DNA of 39,061 nt from Dehalococcoidia bacterium. GTDB taxonomy: Bacteria; Chloroflexota; Dehalococcoidia; UBA2979. Under the pieces are notes generated by a model, which ran no database searches, had not been told where the DNA came from, and saw only the letters and a program-made list of their open reading frames with translations. Shown here one piece after another: positions 25,324 through 35,500 of the stretch; the first letter of the stretch is position 1; each line of letters opens with the position of its first letter. The translations under genes were made by a program, and so were the position numbers. Where the stretch lies: assembly GCA_034420575.1 (NCBI GenBank), contig DAOULE010000116.1:1-39061 (forward strand). Reading direction: 5' to 3'.

Positions 25324-27147
25324 ATGACAACGGCGAGCCACGAGGCGGGTCACCTCGAGGACCGCCGCGAACCGGCGCCCCTCGACACCCTGTCACCCGA
25401 GGAGCGCCTCTTCCGCATGCGGCACTCGGCCGCGCACGTCCTCGCCGAGGCCGTCCTCGAGCTGTTCCCGGAGGCCAAGTACGCCATCGGCCCGCCGATC
25501 GAGCACGGCTTCTACTACGACTTCGAGCTCCCGCGCCCGCTCACGCCCGAGGACCTCACGCGCATCGAGCGCCGCATGCGGGGCACGGTGTATCGCGATG
25601 TGCCGATCGAGGGTGAGTGGATCCCCAAGGACGAGGCGCGCGCGATCTTCGCCGAGCAGCCCTACAAGCTGGAGATGATCGACGAGATCGAGGACGAGAC
25701 CGTCGGCTACTTCCGCCACGCGGCGTTCAACGACCTCTGCGAAGGCGGGCACGCCGAGCGGACGGGGCAGATCGGCGCCTTCGCGCTCACGCACTCGGCA
25801 GGCGCGTACTGGCGCGGCGACGAGCGCCGTCCGATGCTCCAGCGCATCTACGGCGCGCTCTTCCCGACGCAGGAGGAGCTCGACGCCCACCTCGCGGCGC
25901 GCGAGGAGGCCGAGCGGCGTGACCACCGCCGCCTCGGCCGCGAGCTCGAGCTGTTCACGTCGAGCGAGCTCGTCGGGCAGGGCCTGCCGACGCTGCTCCC
26001 GAAGGGAGCGACCGTCAGGCGGCTGCTCGAGGACTGGGTGGTGAGCCTGGAACGTCGCGCCGGCTACCAGCACGTCTACTCGCCGGTGCTCGGCAAGGTC
26101 GACCTCTACAAGCGCTCCGGGCACTGGGACCACTACCAGGACGACATGTTCCCGCCCATCCAGCTCGAGCACGAGGAGCTGGTGCTGCGGCCGATGAACT
26201 GCCCGCACCACATCCTCGCGTATGAGACGGACCTGCACTCCTACCGCGACCTGCCGCTGCGTATCGCCGAGTTCGGCACGATGTACCGCTACGAGCGCTC
26301 GGGCGTCGTCGGCGGCCTCAGCCGCGTGCGCGCCATGTCGCTGAACGACGCGCACATCTTCTGCACCCCGGACCAGATCAAGTCCGAGTTCGCCGGCGTC
26401 ATGCGGCTGGTCGAGGAGGTCTACGCGGTGCTCGGCATCACCGAGTACTCGTACCGCCTCTCCCTGCGCGATCCGGCCGACACCGAGAAGTACGTCGACA
26501 ACGACGCGATGTGGGAGCTCGGCGAGCGCGTGCTCAGCGAGGCGATGGACGAGCTGGGCCTCGACTACTCGACCGCCCAGGGCGAGGCGGCGTTCTACGG
26601 CCCCAAGCTCGACATCCAGATCCGCGACATGCTCGGCCGCGAGGAGACGATGTCGACCATCCAGGTGGACTTCCACCTCCCCGAGCAGTTCGAGCTGCGT
26701 TACATCGGCGAGGACGGCGCGGAGCACCGCCCGGTGATCGTGCATCGCGGGGTGCTCGGCACGGCCGAGCGGATGATGGCGTACCTGATCGAGCTCTACG
26801 CCGGCGCCTTCCCCGTCTGGCTCGCGCCGGTGCAGGCCACGGTCATCCCCATCGCCGACCGCCACATCGACTACGCCAACGAGGTGCGGGACGCGCTGCT
26901 CGCGCATGACCTGCGGGTCGAGGTCGACGACGGCGGTGACCGCATGGGCGCGAAGATCCGCAAGGCGCAGCTCCAGAAGGTGCCGTACATGCTCGTCGTC
27001 GGGGACCGCGAAGCCGAGTCGAACGCCGTCTCGATGCGCCACCGCGCGCTCGGCGACCTCGGGCCCACACCGCTCGCCGAGGCGGTCGAGCGCATCACCG
27101 GTGAGCGCGCCGCGAAGTCGCTGGACCCGGGACCCGAGCCCGCGTAG
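25324..27147 (+). CDS. thrS: Threonine--tRNA ligase (short N-terminus, no obvious TGS domain)
   Basis: RHSAAHVLAEA...GPPIEHGFYYDF editing-domain motif lies only about 35 aa from the start. Class II core FRHAAFNDLCEGGH, RDHRRLG, MYRYERSG, and a C-terminal anticodon-binding domain. Confidence 0.9.
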   Translation: MTTASHEAGHLEDRREPAPLDTLSPEERLFRMRHSAAHVLAEAVLELFPEAKYAIGPPIEHGFYYDFELPRPLTPEDLTRIERRMRGTVYRDVPIEGEWIPKDEARAIFAEQPYKLEMIDEIEDETVGYFRHAAFNDLCEGGHAERTGQIGAFALTHSAGAYWRGDERRPMLQRIYGALFPTQEELDAHLAAREEAERRDHRRLGRELELFTSSELVGQGLPTLLPKGATVRRLLEDWVVSLERRAGYQHVYSPVLGKVDLYKRSGHWDHYQDDMFPPIQLEHEELVLRPMNCPHHILAYETDLHSYRDLPLRIAEFGTMYRYERSGVVGGLSRVRAMSLNDAHIFCTPDQIKSEFAGVMRLVEEVYAVLGITEYSYRLSLRDPADTEKYVDNDAMWELGERVLSEAMDELGLDYSTAQGEAAFYGPKLDIQIRDMLGREETMSTIQVDFHLPEQFELRYIGEDGAEHRPVIVHRGVLGTAERMMAYLIELYAGAFPVWLAPVQATVIPIADRHIDYANEVRDALLAHDLRVEVDDGGDRMGAKIRKAQLQKVPYMLVVGDREAESNAVSMRHRALGDLGPTPLAEAVERITGERAAKSLDPGPEPA

Positions 27148-27229
27148 CACCCCGCATCTTGCCGCCTCGCGCCCGGCGTGACAGGCTAGCGCGCGCCAAG
27201 CCGACGAGTTGAGTGGTCGAGGCCCGACG

Positions 27230-28786
27230 ATGCCCAAGCGCGTGTTGCTGGCGAACCGTGGCGAGATCGCGCTGCGCGTGCAGCGCACGTGCCGCGAACT
27301 CGGCATCGAGACCGTCGCCGTCTTCTCCGAGCCCGACCGCAACGCGCTCCACGTCCGCCAGGCCGACGCCGCCGTCGGCATCGGTCCCGGCCCGGCGACC
27401 GAGTCCTACCTCGTCATCGACCGCATCATCGAGGCCGCGAAGCACACGGGCGCCGACGCGGTGCACCCCGGCTACGGCTTCCTGTCCGAGAACGCCGCCT
27501 TCGCCGAGGCGTGCGACGCCAACGGCATCACGTTCATTGGCCCGCCCGCGTCCGCGATGCAGGCGATGGGCGACAAGGTCGCGGCGCGGCGGCTGATGGC
27601 CGATGCCGGCGTGCCGATCATCCCCGGCGCCAACGACGTCGACGCATCCGACCTCGCGGCCGCACACGCCGAGGCCGAGCGCGTCGGCTTCCCGCTCATG
27701 GTGAAGGCCGCCGGCGGCGGCGGCGGGCGCGGGATCCGCGTCGTCGAGGCCATCGACGACCTCGACGGCGCGATGCAGCTCTCCAGCTCCGAGGCGGCGG
27801 CGGCGTTCGGCAACGCCACCGTCTTCCTCGAGCGCTACGTCTCGCCGGCCCGCCACATCGAGGTGCAGGTGATGGCCGACGCGCACGGCAACGCGCGCGC
27901 CTTCGGCGAGCGCGAGTGCTCGGTGCAGCGCCGCCACCAGAAGCTCCTCGAGGAGGCGCCCTCGGTCGCGGTCGACCCGGACCTGCGGGCGCGGCTCTGC
28001 GACGCGGCGACCGCCGCCGCGCTGAGCTGCGGCTACCGCAACGCCGGCACGGTCGAGTTCCTGCTCGACGACCGCACCGGCGAATTCTTCTTCCTCGAGA
28101 TGAACGCCCGCCTCCAGGTCGAGCATCCCATCACCGAGCTCGTCTACGGTGTCGACCTCGTCGCGCTGCAGCTCGCCATCGCCGACGGAGAGGAGCTCGC
28201 GCCCGGCCCGTCAGGACCTCCCGAGCCGAACGGCTGGGCCATCGAGTGCCGCATCAACGCCGAGGACCCCCACGCCAACTTCGCCCCGTCGTTCGGCCTC
28301 GTCGAGCACGTCGACATGCCGCAGGGGCCGGGCGTGCGCTTCGACTCGATGCTGTACGCCGGCCTCGACGTGCCCGTGTTCTACGACTCGCTGCTCGGCA
28401 AGCTGATCGTGTGGGCCGAGGACCGCCCGGCGGCGATCGCGCGCATGAAGCGCGCGCTGCAGGACCTGCTGGTCGCGGGCATCGACACCAACAGCGCCTT
28501 CCACCTCGCGCTGCTCGACGACCCGGACTTCGTCGCCGGCAACGTCGACACCGGGTGGCTCGAGCGCGAGTTCACCATGCCTCCTCCGGCCGACGACGGC
28601 CGCGAGGCGACGGCGCTAATCGCCGCCGCGCTCGCCGCCGAGCTGGGCGGACGCGCCGACGGCGCGGCGCCGGCCGCAGGGCCTTCGGCCGCCGACCTGT
28701 GGGCGCGCATCGCGCGCGCCGATGCGATGAACACCAGGGTGCAGCACACGGCAGAGCGCGGATGGCGAAGCGGCATCGGTTCGTAG
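27230..28786 (+). CDS. Biotin carboxylase (acyl-CoA carboxylase alpha-type, no fused BCCP)
   Basis: MPKRVLLANRGEIALRV, GYGFLSEN, ATP-grasp MVKAAGGGGGRGIR, EMNARLQVEHP. Confidence 0.9.
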   Translation: MPKRVLLANRGEIALRVQRTCRELGIETVAVFSEPDRNALHVRQADAAVGIGPGPATESYLVIDRIIEAAKHTGADAVHPGYGFLSENAAFAEACDANGITFIGPPASAMQAMGDKVAARRLMADAGVPIIPGANDVDASDLAAAHAEAERVGFPLMVKAAGGGGGRGIRVVEAIDDLDGAMQLSSSEAAAAFGNATVFLERYVSPARHIEVQVMADAHGNARAFGERECSVQRRHQKLLEEAPSVAVDPDLRARLCDAATAAALSCGYRNAGTVEFLLDDRTGEFFFLEMNARLQVEHPITELVYGVDLVALQLAIADGEELAPGPSGPPEPNGWAIECRINAEDPHANFAPSFGLVEHVDMPQGPGVRFDSMLYAGLDVPVFYDSLLGKLIVWAEDRPAAIARMKRALQDLLVAGIDTNSAFHLALLDDPDFVAGNVDTGWLEREFTMPPPADDGREATALIAAALAAELGGRADGAAPAAGPSAADLWARIARADAMNTRVQHTAERGWRSGIGS

Positions 28787-29277
28787 TCGGCGAGGACGAG
28801 CACTCCGTCGAGGTCGACCAGACCCCCGACGGCGTGACGGTCACCCTCAACGAGGGTGAGTCGCTGAGCCTCGACGTCCTCGAGGTGCAGGTGCCCGGGA
28901 CGGTCTCGTTCTTCGTCGGCGGGCGGCAGCAACGCGCGTACGTCTCGCGCAAGGGCGGCGGCTACGAGGTGACGATCGGCGAGCGCCGCTTCACGGTGGA
29001 CGCCGCCACCGCGCGTCGCGGCCGGGGAGCGGTCGGCGGCGCGGAGGACGCGCCCGGCCAGATCACCGCACCCCTCGCCGGCGTGGTCGTCGAGGTGCGT
29101 GTCGCCGTCGGCGACGAACTCGAGGCCGGGGCGACGGTGCTGGTGCTCGAGGCCATGAAGATGCAGAACGAAGTGCAGATCCCGCGCGACGGGACGATCA
29201 CCGCTATTCACGCCGCGCAGGGTGAGAACGTCGACAAGGGCGCGCTCCTGGTCGAGTACGACACGGACGAGGAGTAG
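28762..29277 (+). CDS. Biotinyl/lipoyl carrier-domain protein
   Basis: C-terminal biotinylation motif VLEAMKMQNEV. Overlaps the upstream carboxylase 3' end. Confidence 0.8.
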   Translation: MAKRHRFVVGEDEHSVEVDQTPDGVTVTLNEGESLSLDVLEVQVPGTVSFFVGGRQQRAYVSRKGGGYEVTIGERRFTVDAATARRGRGAVGGAEDAPGQITAPLAGVVVEVRVAVGDELEAGATVLVLEAMKMQNEVQIPRDGTITAIHAAQGENVDKGALLVEYDTDEE

Positions 29278-29379
29278 CCGGCCCGCGCACTCCTCGTTGT
29301 GAGCGCTGATCGGGCGGTGCTACAATCGTTGCCCCACGGCGCGGATGCGCCAAAGCGGCAGACGACGAGGAGCGAACCG

Positions 29380-29922
29380 ATCGCGAAAGAACTGCGCACC
29401 AACGAGCAGATACTCGTTCCGCGGGTTCGCGTCGTCCAGGACACCGAACAGCTGGGCATCATGGATACGCGCGAGGCGCAGCGCCTCGCCGACGAAGCCG
29501 ACCTCGACCTCGTCGAGGTGGCGCCCGGCGCCGATCCGCCCGTGGTCCGGATCATGGACTACGGCAAGTACCGCTACGAGCAGTCGAAGCGCGAGCGCGA
29601 GTCCCGCAAGAGCTCGCGGCACTCGTCGTTGCGCGAGGTGCGGATGCGCGTCAAGATCGATGAGCACGACATCGCGTTCAAGGCGCGGACGGCGCGCAAG
29701 CTGCTGGACCAGGGCGACAAGGTGAAGATCTCCGTGATGTTCCGTGCGCGGGAGATCACGCACCCCGAGGTCGGCCGCGAGCTGCTGGACCGCTTCTACG
29801 AGCGCATCAGTGATGTCGCGAACGTCGAGCGGCAGCCGCACATGGAAGGGCGCACGCTGTCCATGGTGGTGATGCCCGACCCGAAGGCCGCACAGCGCGA
29901 GCAGGAAGCCGCGCCCGCGTAG
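29380..29922 (+). CDS. infC: Translation initiation factor IF-3, probable non-canonical ATC start
   Basis: IAKELRTNEQILVPRVRVV...LDLVEV...PVVRIMDYGKYRYE. The in-frame ATC at 29380 is preceded by GAGGAG (29367-29372) and gives 180 aa. The alternative GTG at 29299 has no SD. Confidence 0.85.
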   Translation: MAKELRTNEQILVPRVRVVQDTEQLGIMDTREAQRLADEADLDLVEVAPGADPPVVRIMDYGKYRYEQSKRERESRKSSRHSSLREVRMRVKIDEHDIAFKARTARKLLDQGDKVKISVMFRAREITHPEVGRELLDRFYERISDVANVERQPHMEGRTLSMVVMPDPKAAQREQEAAPA

Positions 29923-29935
29923 GGAGACCCCGACC

Positions 29936-30130
29936 GTGCCGAAGATGAAGACCCACAAGGGGACGGCGAAGCGCGTCAAGATCTCCGGCCGCGGGAAGCT
30001 GCAGATGCGCGCCCATCACCTCAACAACAAGCGCATGAAGAAGCGCCGAACCAAGCTCGCCGCCCTGCGTGACATGCACGAGGTGCACCCCACGCAGCGC
30101 AAGCGCATCCGCCGCCTGCTGGCCGTCTAG
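29936..30130 (+). CDS. rpmI: 50S ribosomal protein L35
   Basis: GTG start. MPKMKTHKGTAKRVKISGRGK. Confidence 0.9.
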   Translation: MPKMKTHKGTAKRVKISGRGKLQMRAHHLNNKRMKKRRTKLAALRDMHEVHPTQRKRIRRLLAV

Positions 30131-30161
30131 CGCTCACCCGCACACCGAAGGACTCCACCCG

Positions 30162-30521
30162 ATGCCTCGCACCCGTAACCGCGTACAGACACGCAACCGG
30201 CACAAGAAGATCATCGCGCGCGCCTCAGGGCACCGCGGCAAGCGCCACAAGAACTTCAAGGTCGCCAACGAGTCCGTGATGCACGCGCTGCGCTACGCCA
30301 CCGAGCACCGGCGCGACCGCAAGGGCGACTTCCGGCGGCTCTGGATCGTGCGCATCAACGCCGCGGCCCGCCTCCACGGCACCACCTACTCCCGCATGGT
30401 CAACGGCCTCAAGCGCGCCGGCGTCGAGGTCGACCGCAAGATGCTCGCCGACCTCGCCGTGCGCGAGCCCGACGCCTTCGGCGCCCTCGCCGAGCAGGCC
30501 AAGGCAGCGCTCGCCGCCTGA
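30162..30521 (+). CDS. rplT: 50S ribosomal protein L20
   Basis: MPRTRNRVQTRNRHKKII...FRRLWIVRINAAAR. Confidence 0.9.
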   Translation: MPRTRNRVQTRNRHKKIIARASGHRGKRHKNFKVANESVMHALRYATEHRRDRKGDFRRLWIVRINAAARLHGTTYSRMVNGLKRAGVEVDRKMLADLAVREPDAFGALAEQAKAALAA

Positions 30522-30627
30522 TCCACCGGATGCTCAACGATCGTAGGCCGCAATCACGCCCTTCGTAGTCGCCCGCTCACATCACCAACGGTCACCTGAG
30601 CCGTCAGTCGATTGAGCGGCCGCGTGC

Positions 30628-31590
30628 ATGCTGCTTGACCTCACCGTCACCGCCTTCGGTCTCGCCGCTCTCCTGGTCGGCGCGGCCCTCTTCGTGCGGT
30701 CGGCCTCGGCGCTTGGGGTGTGGCTGGGGCTCTCCCCCGTGATTATCGGCGCGACCGTGGTGGCGTTCGGGACTTCGGCGCCCGAGTTCCTGGTGAGCCT
30801 GCGGGCGTCCGTCTCCGACTCCGGGGGCCTCGCCGTGGGAAGCGTGCTGGGGTCGAACGTCACGAACGTGGCCGTGGTCCTGGGTCTCGCGGCGCTGCTG
30901 CGTCCCCTCCGGTTCGACCCGTCGCTCCTCAGGTGGGAGATACCCGTGCTGATCGGCGCGACGGGGGCATTCATCGTGCTCGGGAGTTCGGGGACGCTCA
31001 GCCACCTCGGCGGGGCGGGTCTATTTCTCGGACTGCTTGCGTTCGTCGGGTATTCGCTGCGCGTGCGACCCCAGGTCGCAGCTCCGGGGGGCCGCCCCGA
31101 GCCGGCCGCGGACAGCGGCATGCACACCGCCGCCTGGGCGGGCATCCAGTTGGCGGTCCTCGCCGCCGGGGTGATCGCCCTCGCGGGCGGCGCCTACTAC
31201 GCAGTGCTCGGCGCGACGCACGTCGCCGCCGACATCGGGATGAGCGAACTCGCGATCGGGGCCACCGTGGTGGCAATTGGCACCAGCCTCCCGGAGGTGG
31301 CCACAAGCACCGTCGCCGCCGTCCGCGGCGAGTACGAGATTGCCACCGCGAACGTCGTCGGCTCGAACATCTTCAACCTGCTGGGCGTGATCGGGCTGGC
31401 CGGCGCGATTGGAACCCTTCCGGTCGACGCGAGCCTCTACCGCTTCGAGATCCCCGCCCTCGCGGCCTCAACTGCCGTGCTGCTGTTGCTGGCCTGGCCT
31501 CGAGGTCGCGTCGGGTGGGTCGGCGGTCTTGCGCTCCTCGTCGCGTACGCGGCGTTTGTCGGCATCGTGCTTGTGCGGGGCGGGATCTAA
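30628..31590 (+). CDS. Ca2+/cation antiporter (CaCA, YrbG-like) membrane protein
   Basis: About 10 hydrophobic segments and two alpha-repeat signatures, GTSAPE and GTSLPE. Confidence 0.85.
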   Translation: MLLDLTVTAFGLAALLVGAALFVRSASALGVWLGLSPVIIGATVVAFGTSAPEFLVSLRASVSDSGGLAVGSVLGSNVTNVAVVLGLAALLRPLRFDPSLLRWEIPVLIGATGAFIVLGSSGTLSHLGGAGLFLGLLAFVGYSLRVRPQVAAPGGRPEPAADSGMHTAAWAGIQLAVLAAGVIALAGGAYYAVLGATHVAADIGMSELAIGATVVAIGTSLPEVATSTVAAVRGEYEIATANVVGSNIFNLLGVIGLAGAIGTLPVDASLYRFEIPALAASTAVLLLLAWPRGRVGWVGGLALLVAYAAFVGIVLVRGGI

Positions 31591-31789
31591 GCCGTTCGCA
31601 ACGCGCGGCCGCCCGCGGCGACCATCGCGGCGACCCGCTCCCGCGTACGAGGCACCCTCTGATCGCCCCTGTCTGCGGGGTAGAGAGCCCACGTGACGGG
31701 TCTCCGCATGCCCAGGCTCTCAGGCGCTCACCCCAATGCTCTCCCGCAGTCGGGAGAGGGAGTTGGACCCGACGGGGGAGGCCCGCTGC

Positions 31790-32515
31790 CTACTCGAAGC
31801 GCCGCGCGTCGTCCGCCGCGTAGGCGGCCACGAGCTGGTCCGCCCGGCCGGCCGCCTCGATGCGCTCGACCACGTCTGCGAGTTGGCTCGCGGGGATCGC
31901 GCACGTCATCTCCGAGTTGGGCATGGCGGTGCGCACGCGGGAGAGCTGGCAGCCGACGCTGGCGGCGGCGACGCCCTGCTCCTTCGCCATCGCGATGATG
32001 TGGCACTGCGGCTTGCCCTGCATGCTCAGCTCCGGCAGGCCGTCGGAGAGCACCATCAGCTGCCGCCCGGTGACGCGCAGCAGCACCACGTCCGGGTCGA
32101 TCGGCGTCTCGGCCAGCGGGCCGTAGGTCACCGCGCCCGGCTGCTCGGTCACGACGGGAATCTGCGGCACGACCTCGAGCGTCACCCAGCCCGACTCCAG
32201 CAGCGCCGCCACGTCCGAGTTGGCCGCGACATCGTCGAGCGTCTTGAAGCCATGCGTCATGCTCCCGACGCTGCAGTTCGCGTGGTCCTCGGCGACAGTC
32301 GAGAACGTGCTGTCGGCGGACTTCATCCAGAACACGCAGCCCGCCGGGACGCGGCCCGTGCGGCCGTCCGGCATCGCCTCGGGCATCGGCTCCTCGAACG
32401 CGTCGACGCCCTCGGGCCGCTCGGCGCTGAACGTGATGGCGATCGGCGCGATGTCCGTCCCGACACTCGTCATGAGCCGCTGCGAGAGCGCCTGCCAGTC
32501 CTGAGTCGTGGCCAT
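31790..32515 (-). CDS. DUF169-like protein
   Basis: Start taken at ATG 32515 (MATTQDW...). Cys-containing segments (AGCVFW, HANCSVG, PQCH) resemble the DUF169 family. Family assignment is from memory. Confidence 0.6.
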   Translation of the reverse strand: MATTQDWQALSQRLMTSVGTDIAPIAITFSAERPEGVDAFEEPMPEAMPDGRTGRVPAGCVFWMKSADSTFSTVAEDHANCSVGSMTHGFKTLDDVAANSDVAALLESGWVTLEVVPQIPVVTEQPGAVTYGPLAETPIDPDVVLLRVTGRQLMVLSDGLPELSMQGKPQCHIIAMAKEQGVAAASVGCQLSRVRTAMPNSEMTCAIPASQLADVVERIEAAGRADQLVAAYAADDARRFE

Positions 32516-32624
32516 GGAATTCCCCTTCGAGCGCCGCCTGGGGCGACGCGGTCTCAACATCAGGTTGGGGCGACTATAGGCACAGCCGGACCGTACGTGC
32601 CGGGGGCATCGGGCGGCGAGGGAT

Positions 32625-35042
32625 TCAGGCGCGGATCTCCGCCCCGAGTTCGCGCGCGAGGCGGTTCACGAGGCGGCTCTGCTCGCGGTTCGCGTCCTCG
32701 GTCGTGAGGGTGCGGTCGAGGGCCTGGTAGCGGATCGCGAAGGCGATCGACTTCTTGCCCGCCGGCAGCTGCTCGCCGCGGTAGACATCGAACACCCGCG
32801 CCTCGGCGACGAGCCGCGACTGCTCGATGCGCGACTGCAGCTCGCCCGCGGCCACGTCGTCGTCGACGACAAGCGCGAGGTCCTGCTCGACCGCCGGGAA
32901 GCGCGATACCGCCTCCGCGCCGCGCCGCTCTGGCATCGCGTCGAGGAGCGCCGCGAGGTCGACCTCGAACAGCGCCACGGGCCGCTCCACCCCGAACGCC
33001 TCGAGGGTGTCCGGGTGCACCTCGCCGAGCACGCCGACGGGCGCGCCGCCCACGCTCAGCCGCGCGCAGCGCCCGGCCTGCAGGCCGTGCTCCTCGGCCG
33101 GCTCGTACGTGAAGTCCACGCCCAGCCGCTGGCCCAGCTCCTCGACCACGCCCTTCGCGTCGAAGAAGTCGAGCGCGCGGTCCGTCGAGGCGCCCCAGCG
33201 GTCGCGGTCGCCGCCGCAGAGCGCGCCCGTCACCACCTCGCGCTCCGCCGGGAGCGGGCCGCCGGCGTCGCGGCGCGGAGTGTAGACGCGCCCGGCCTCG
33301 AAGATCGCGATCTCGTCCGCCCCCGCGCGCAGGTTGCGGTCGACGGTCTCGAGGAGTGAGTGACGCAGCGAGGTACGCAGCGCCTCGTGGTCCGAGGAGA
33401 GCGTGTTGCGCAGCCGCAGCGGCGGGTTGGCGTCGAGGTCGTCCGAGGGCTGCACACGGCGCAGCACCTCGTCGGTGGTGAGCGAGTAGCTGATCGTCTC
33501 CTGCAGGCCCGCGGCGGCGAGGGCGCGCCGCACGGCCTCGCGCAGCTCGTGCTCGGGCGCGGGCTCATGGAGCGGCACACGGCCGCGCACCGTGGTGGCC
33601 GGCAGCCGGTCGTAGCCGGCGATGCGCACGACTTCCTCGGCAACGTCGTCGGGGATCGCGATGTCCGTGCGCCACCACGGCGCGGTCACCTCGAAGTCCG
33701 CGCCGTCGCGCGCGACCGTGAAGCCGAGCGCGCCGAGGCCGGACTCGACCTCGGCGCCGGGGACGTGGAACCCGAGCAGGGTGTCGAGGCGGTCGCGCGT
33801 GAGCGTCACGTGCGACTCGGCCTGCGGCCGCGGATAGACGTCGACGACGCCCCGGCGCGCCGTGCCGCCGCAGACCTCGACGAGCAGCTGCGTCGCGCGC
33901 TGCGACGCGCGCAGCGCCAGCTCCGGCGCGAGTCCGCGCTCGAACCGCGACGACGCCTCGCTGCGCAGCCGCAGCCGCGTCGAGGTGCGGCGGATGCTGG
34001 CGGGGTCGAACTGCGCGGCCTCCAGCAGCACGCGCGTCGTGCCCTCGGCGACCTCGCTGTCGAGGCCGCCCATCACGCCCGCGAGGGCGATCGGGCCGCT
34101 GTCGTCGGCGATCAGCAGCGTGTCGGGCGTGAGCTCGCGGTCCTCGCCGTCGAGGGTCGTGAGGCGCTCACCTTCGCGCGCGAGCCGCACGACGATCGTG
34201 CCGATGATCTCGTCGGCGTCGAAGGCGTGGAGCGGGTTGCCCAGCTCCAGCATCACGTAGTTCGTGACGTCGACGACGTTGTTGATCGGGCGCTGGCCAG
34301 CCGCGCGCAGCCGCTCCTGCATCCACTGCGGCGAGGGCCCCACGGTGACGCCTTCGACGACCGTGGCGGTGTAGCGCGCGCACAGGTCGGGGTCGTCGAT
34401 GGCGACCGAGGCCGCGTCGTGTACGTCCTCGTCGCCCGCTTCGTAGTCGCCCCCGTGCGGCAGCACCGGTGAGCCGATGATCGCGCCCGTCTCGCGGGCG
34501 ATGCCGACCATGTTCATCATGTCGGCCCGGTTCGGCCACGTGTGCACGTCGAGCACCACGTCGCCGAGGTAGTCGGCGAGCGGGCGGCCCACGGGCGCGT
34601 CGGCGGGCAGTTCGAGGATACCCTCATGCTCGTCGGAGAGGCCGAGCTCGCGCTCGGAGAGCACCATCCCCGCCGACTCGACGCCGCGGATCGTCGCGGG
34701 CTTGAGCGTCGAGCGCTCGCCGTTGCGCGGATCGATCAGCTCCGCGCCCTCTCGCGCGAAGGCGACGCGCTGCCCGGCCGCGACGTTCGGCGCGCCGCAC
34801 ACGACGGTGCGAGGCTCGCCGGCGCCGTACTCGACGGTCGCCAGCTTGAGGCGGTCGGCGTTGGGGTGCTGGTCGACCGAGAGCACCTCGGCGACCGTCA
34901 CCAGCTCACGGCTCCAGTCGCCGATGCGCTCGATGCCTTCCACCTCGGCCGAGGCCATCGTGAGCCGCTCGGCGAACGCCTCGACGTCCAGGTCGTCGGG
35001 GAGTTCGACGTAGTCGCGCAGCCACTTGAGGGAGACGAGCAT
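32625..35042 (-). CDS. pheT: Phenylalanine--tRNA ligase beta subunit
   Basis: MLVSLKWLRDYV N-terminus, tRNA-binding domain, B3/4 and B5 regions. Length is about 800 aa. Downstream of pheS. Confidence 0.9.
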   Translation of the reverse strand: MLVSLKWLRDYVELPDDLDVEAFAERLTMASAEVEGIERIGDWSRELVTVAEVLSVDQHPNADRLKLATVEYGAGEPRTVVCGAPNVAAGQRVAFAREGAELIDPRNGERSTLKPATIRGVESAGMVLSERELGLSDEHEGILELPADAPVGRPLADYLGDVVLDVHTWPNRADMMNMVGIARETGAIIGSPVLPHGGDYEAGDEDVHDAASVAIDDPDLCARYTATVVEGVTVGPSPQWMQERLRAAGQRPINNVVDVTNYVMLELGNPLHAFDADEIIGTIVVRLAREGERLTTLDGEDRELTPDTLLIADDSGPIALAGVMGGLDSEVAEGTTRVLLEAAQFDPASIRRTSTRLRLRSEASSRFERGLAPELALRASQRATQLLVEVCGGTARRGVVDVYPRPQAESHVTLTRDRLDTLLGFHVPGAEVESGLGALGFTVARDGADFEVTAPWWRTDIAIPDDVAEEVVRIAGYDRLPATTVRGRVPLHEPAPEHELREAVRRALAAAGLQETISYSLTTDEVLRRVQPSDDLDANPPLRLRNTLSSDHEALRTSLRHSLLETVDRNLRAGADEIAIFEAGRVYTPRRDAGGPLPAEREVVTGALCGGDRDRWGASTDRALDFFDAKGVVEELGQRLGVDFTYEPAEEHGLQAGRCARLSVGGAPVGVLGEVHPDTLEAFGVERPVALFEVDLAALLDAMPERRGAEAVSRFPAVEQDLALVVDDDVAAGELQSRIEQSRLVAEARVFDVYRGEQLPAGKKSIAFAIRYQALDRTLTTEDANREQSRLVNRLARELGAEIRA

Positions 35043-35057
35043 GTACGTGCGCTCCGG

Positions 35058-35498
35058 CTAGAACTGGTCGAACAGGATCGAGTTGCCGTCGGGGTCCTCG
35101 ATGACGATGTGCGCGGGGCCCTCGTCCTCGGTGGCCGGCAGCGCCACCGCCGGATCCTGCCCCTCGGGCATCTCATGCAGCAGCTCGGTCTCGAGGCCGC
35201 GCTCGGCGAGGCGGGCCTGGACGGCGCGCACGTCCGGCGGGTTGAAGGTCAGGATGTTGCCCTCGAACATCCCCTCGAAGAGGCCGACCATCGCGCCGCC
35301 CTGGCGCATGATCATCCAGCCCTCGCCGCCCCCGAGCGGCTCGAAGCCGAGCTGCTCGTAGAACGCCTGCGAAACCGCGAGGTCGCTCACGGCGAGGCTC
35401 ACCGAGAAGTAGCCGAGGTTGGGGTCGCCCGCGGGCGGCGGCTCGGGTGGCGTGACTTCGCCTCCCGGGTCCTCGTTGCCGGCGTCGCCAGTAGTCAT
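35058..35498 (-). CDS. Glyoxalase/VOC-family protein embedded between pheS and pheT
   Basis: ATG at 35498 lies 2 nt after the pheS stop. YFSVSLAVSDLAVSQAFYEQLGF...HIVIEDPDGNSILF is a VOC fold pattern. Confidence 0.7.
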   Translation of the reverse strand: MTTGDAGNEDPGGEVTPPEPPPAGDPNLGYFSVSLAVSDLAVSQAFYEQLGFEPLGGGEGWMIMRQGGAMVGLFEGMFEGNILTFNPPDVRAVQARLAERGLETELLHEMPEGQDPAVALPATEDEGPAHIVIEDPDGNSILFDQF

Positions 35499-35500
35499 CG

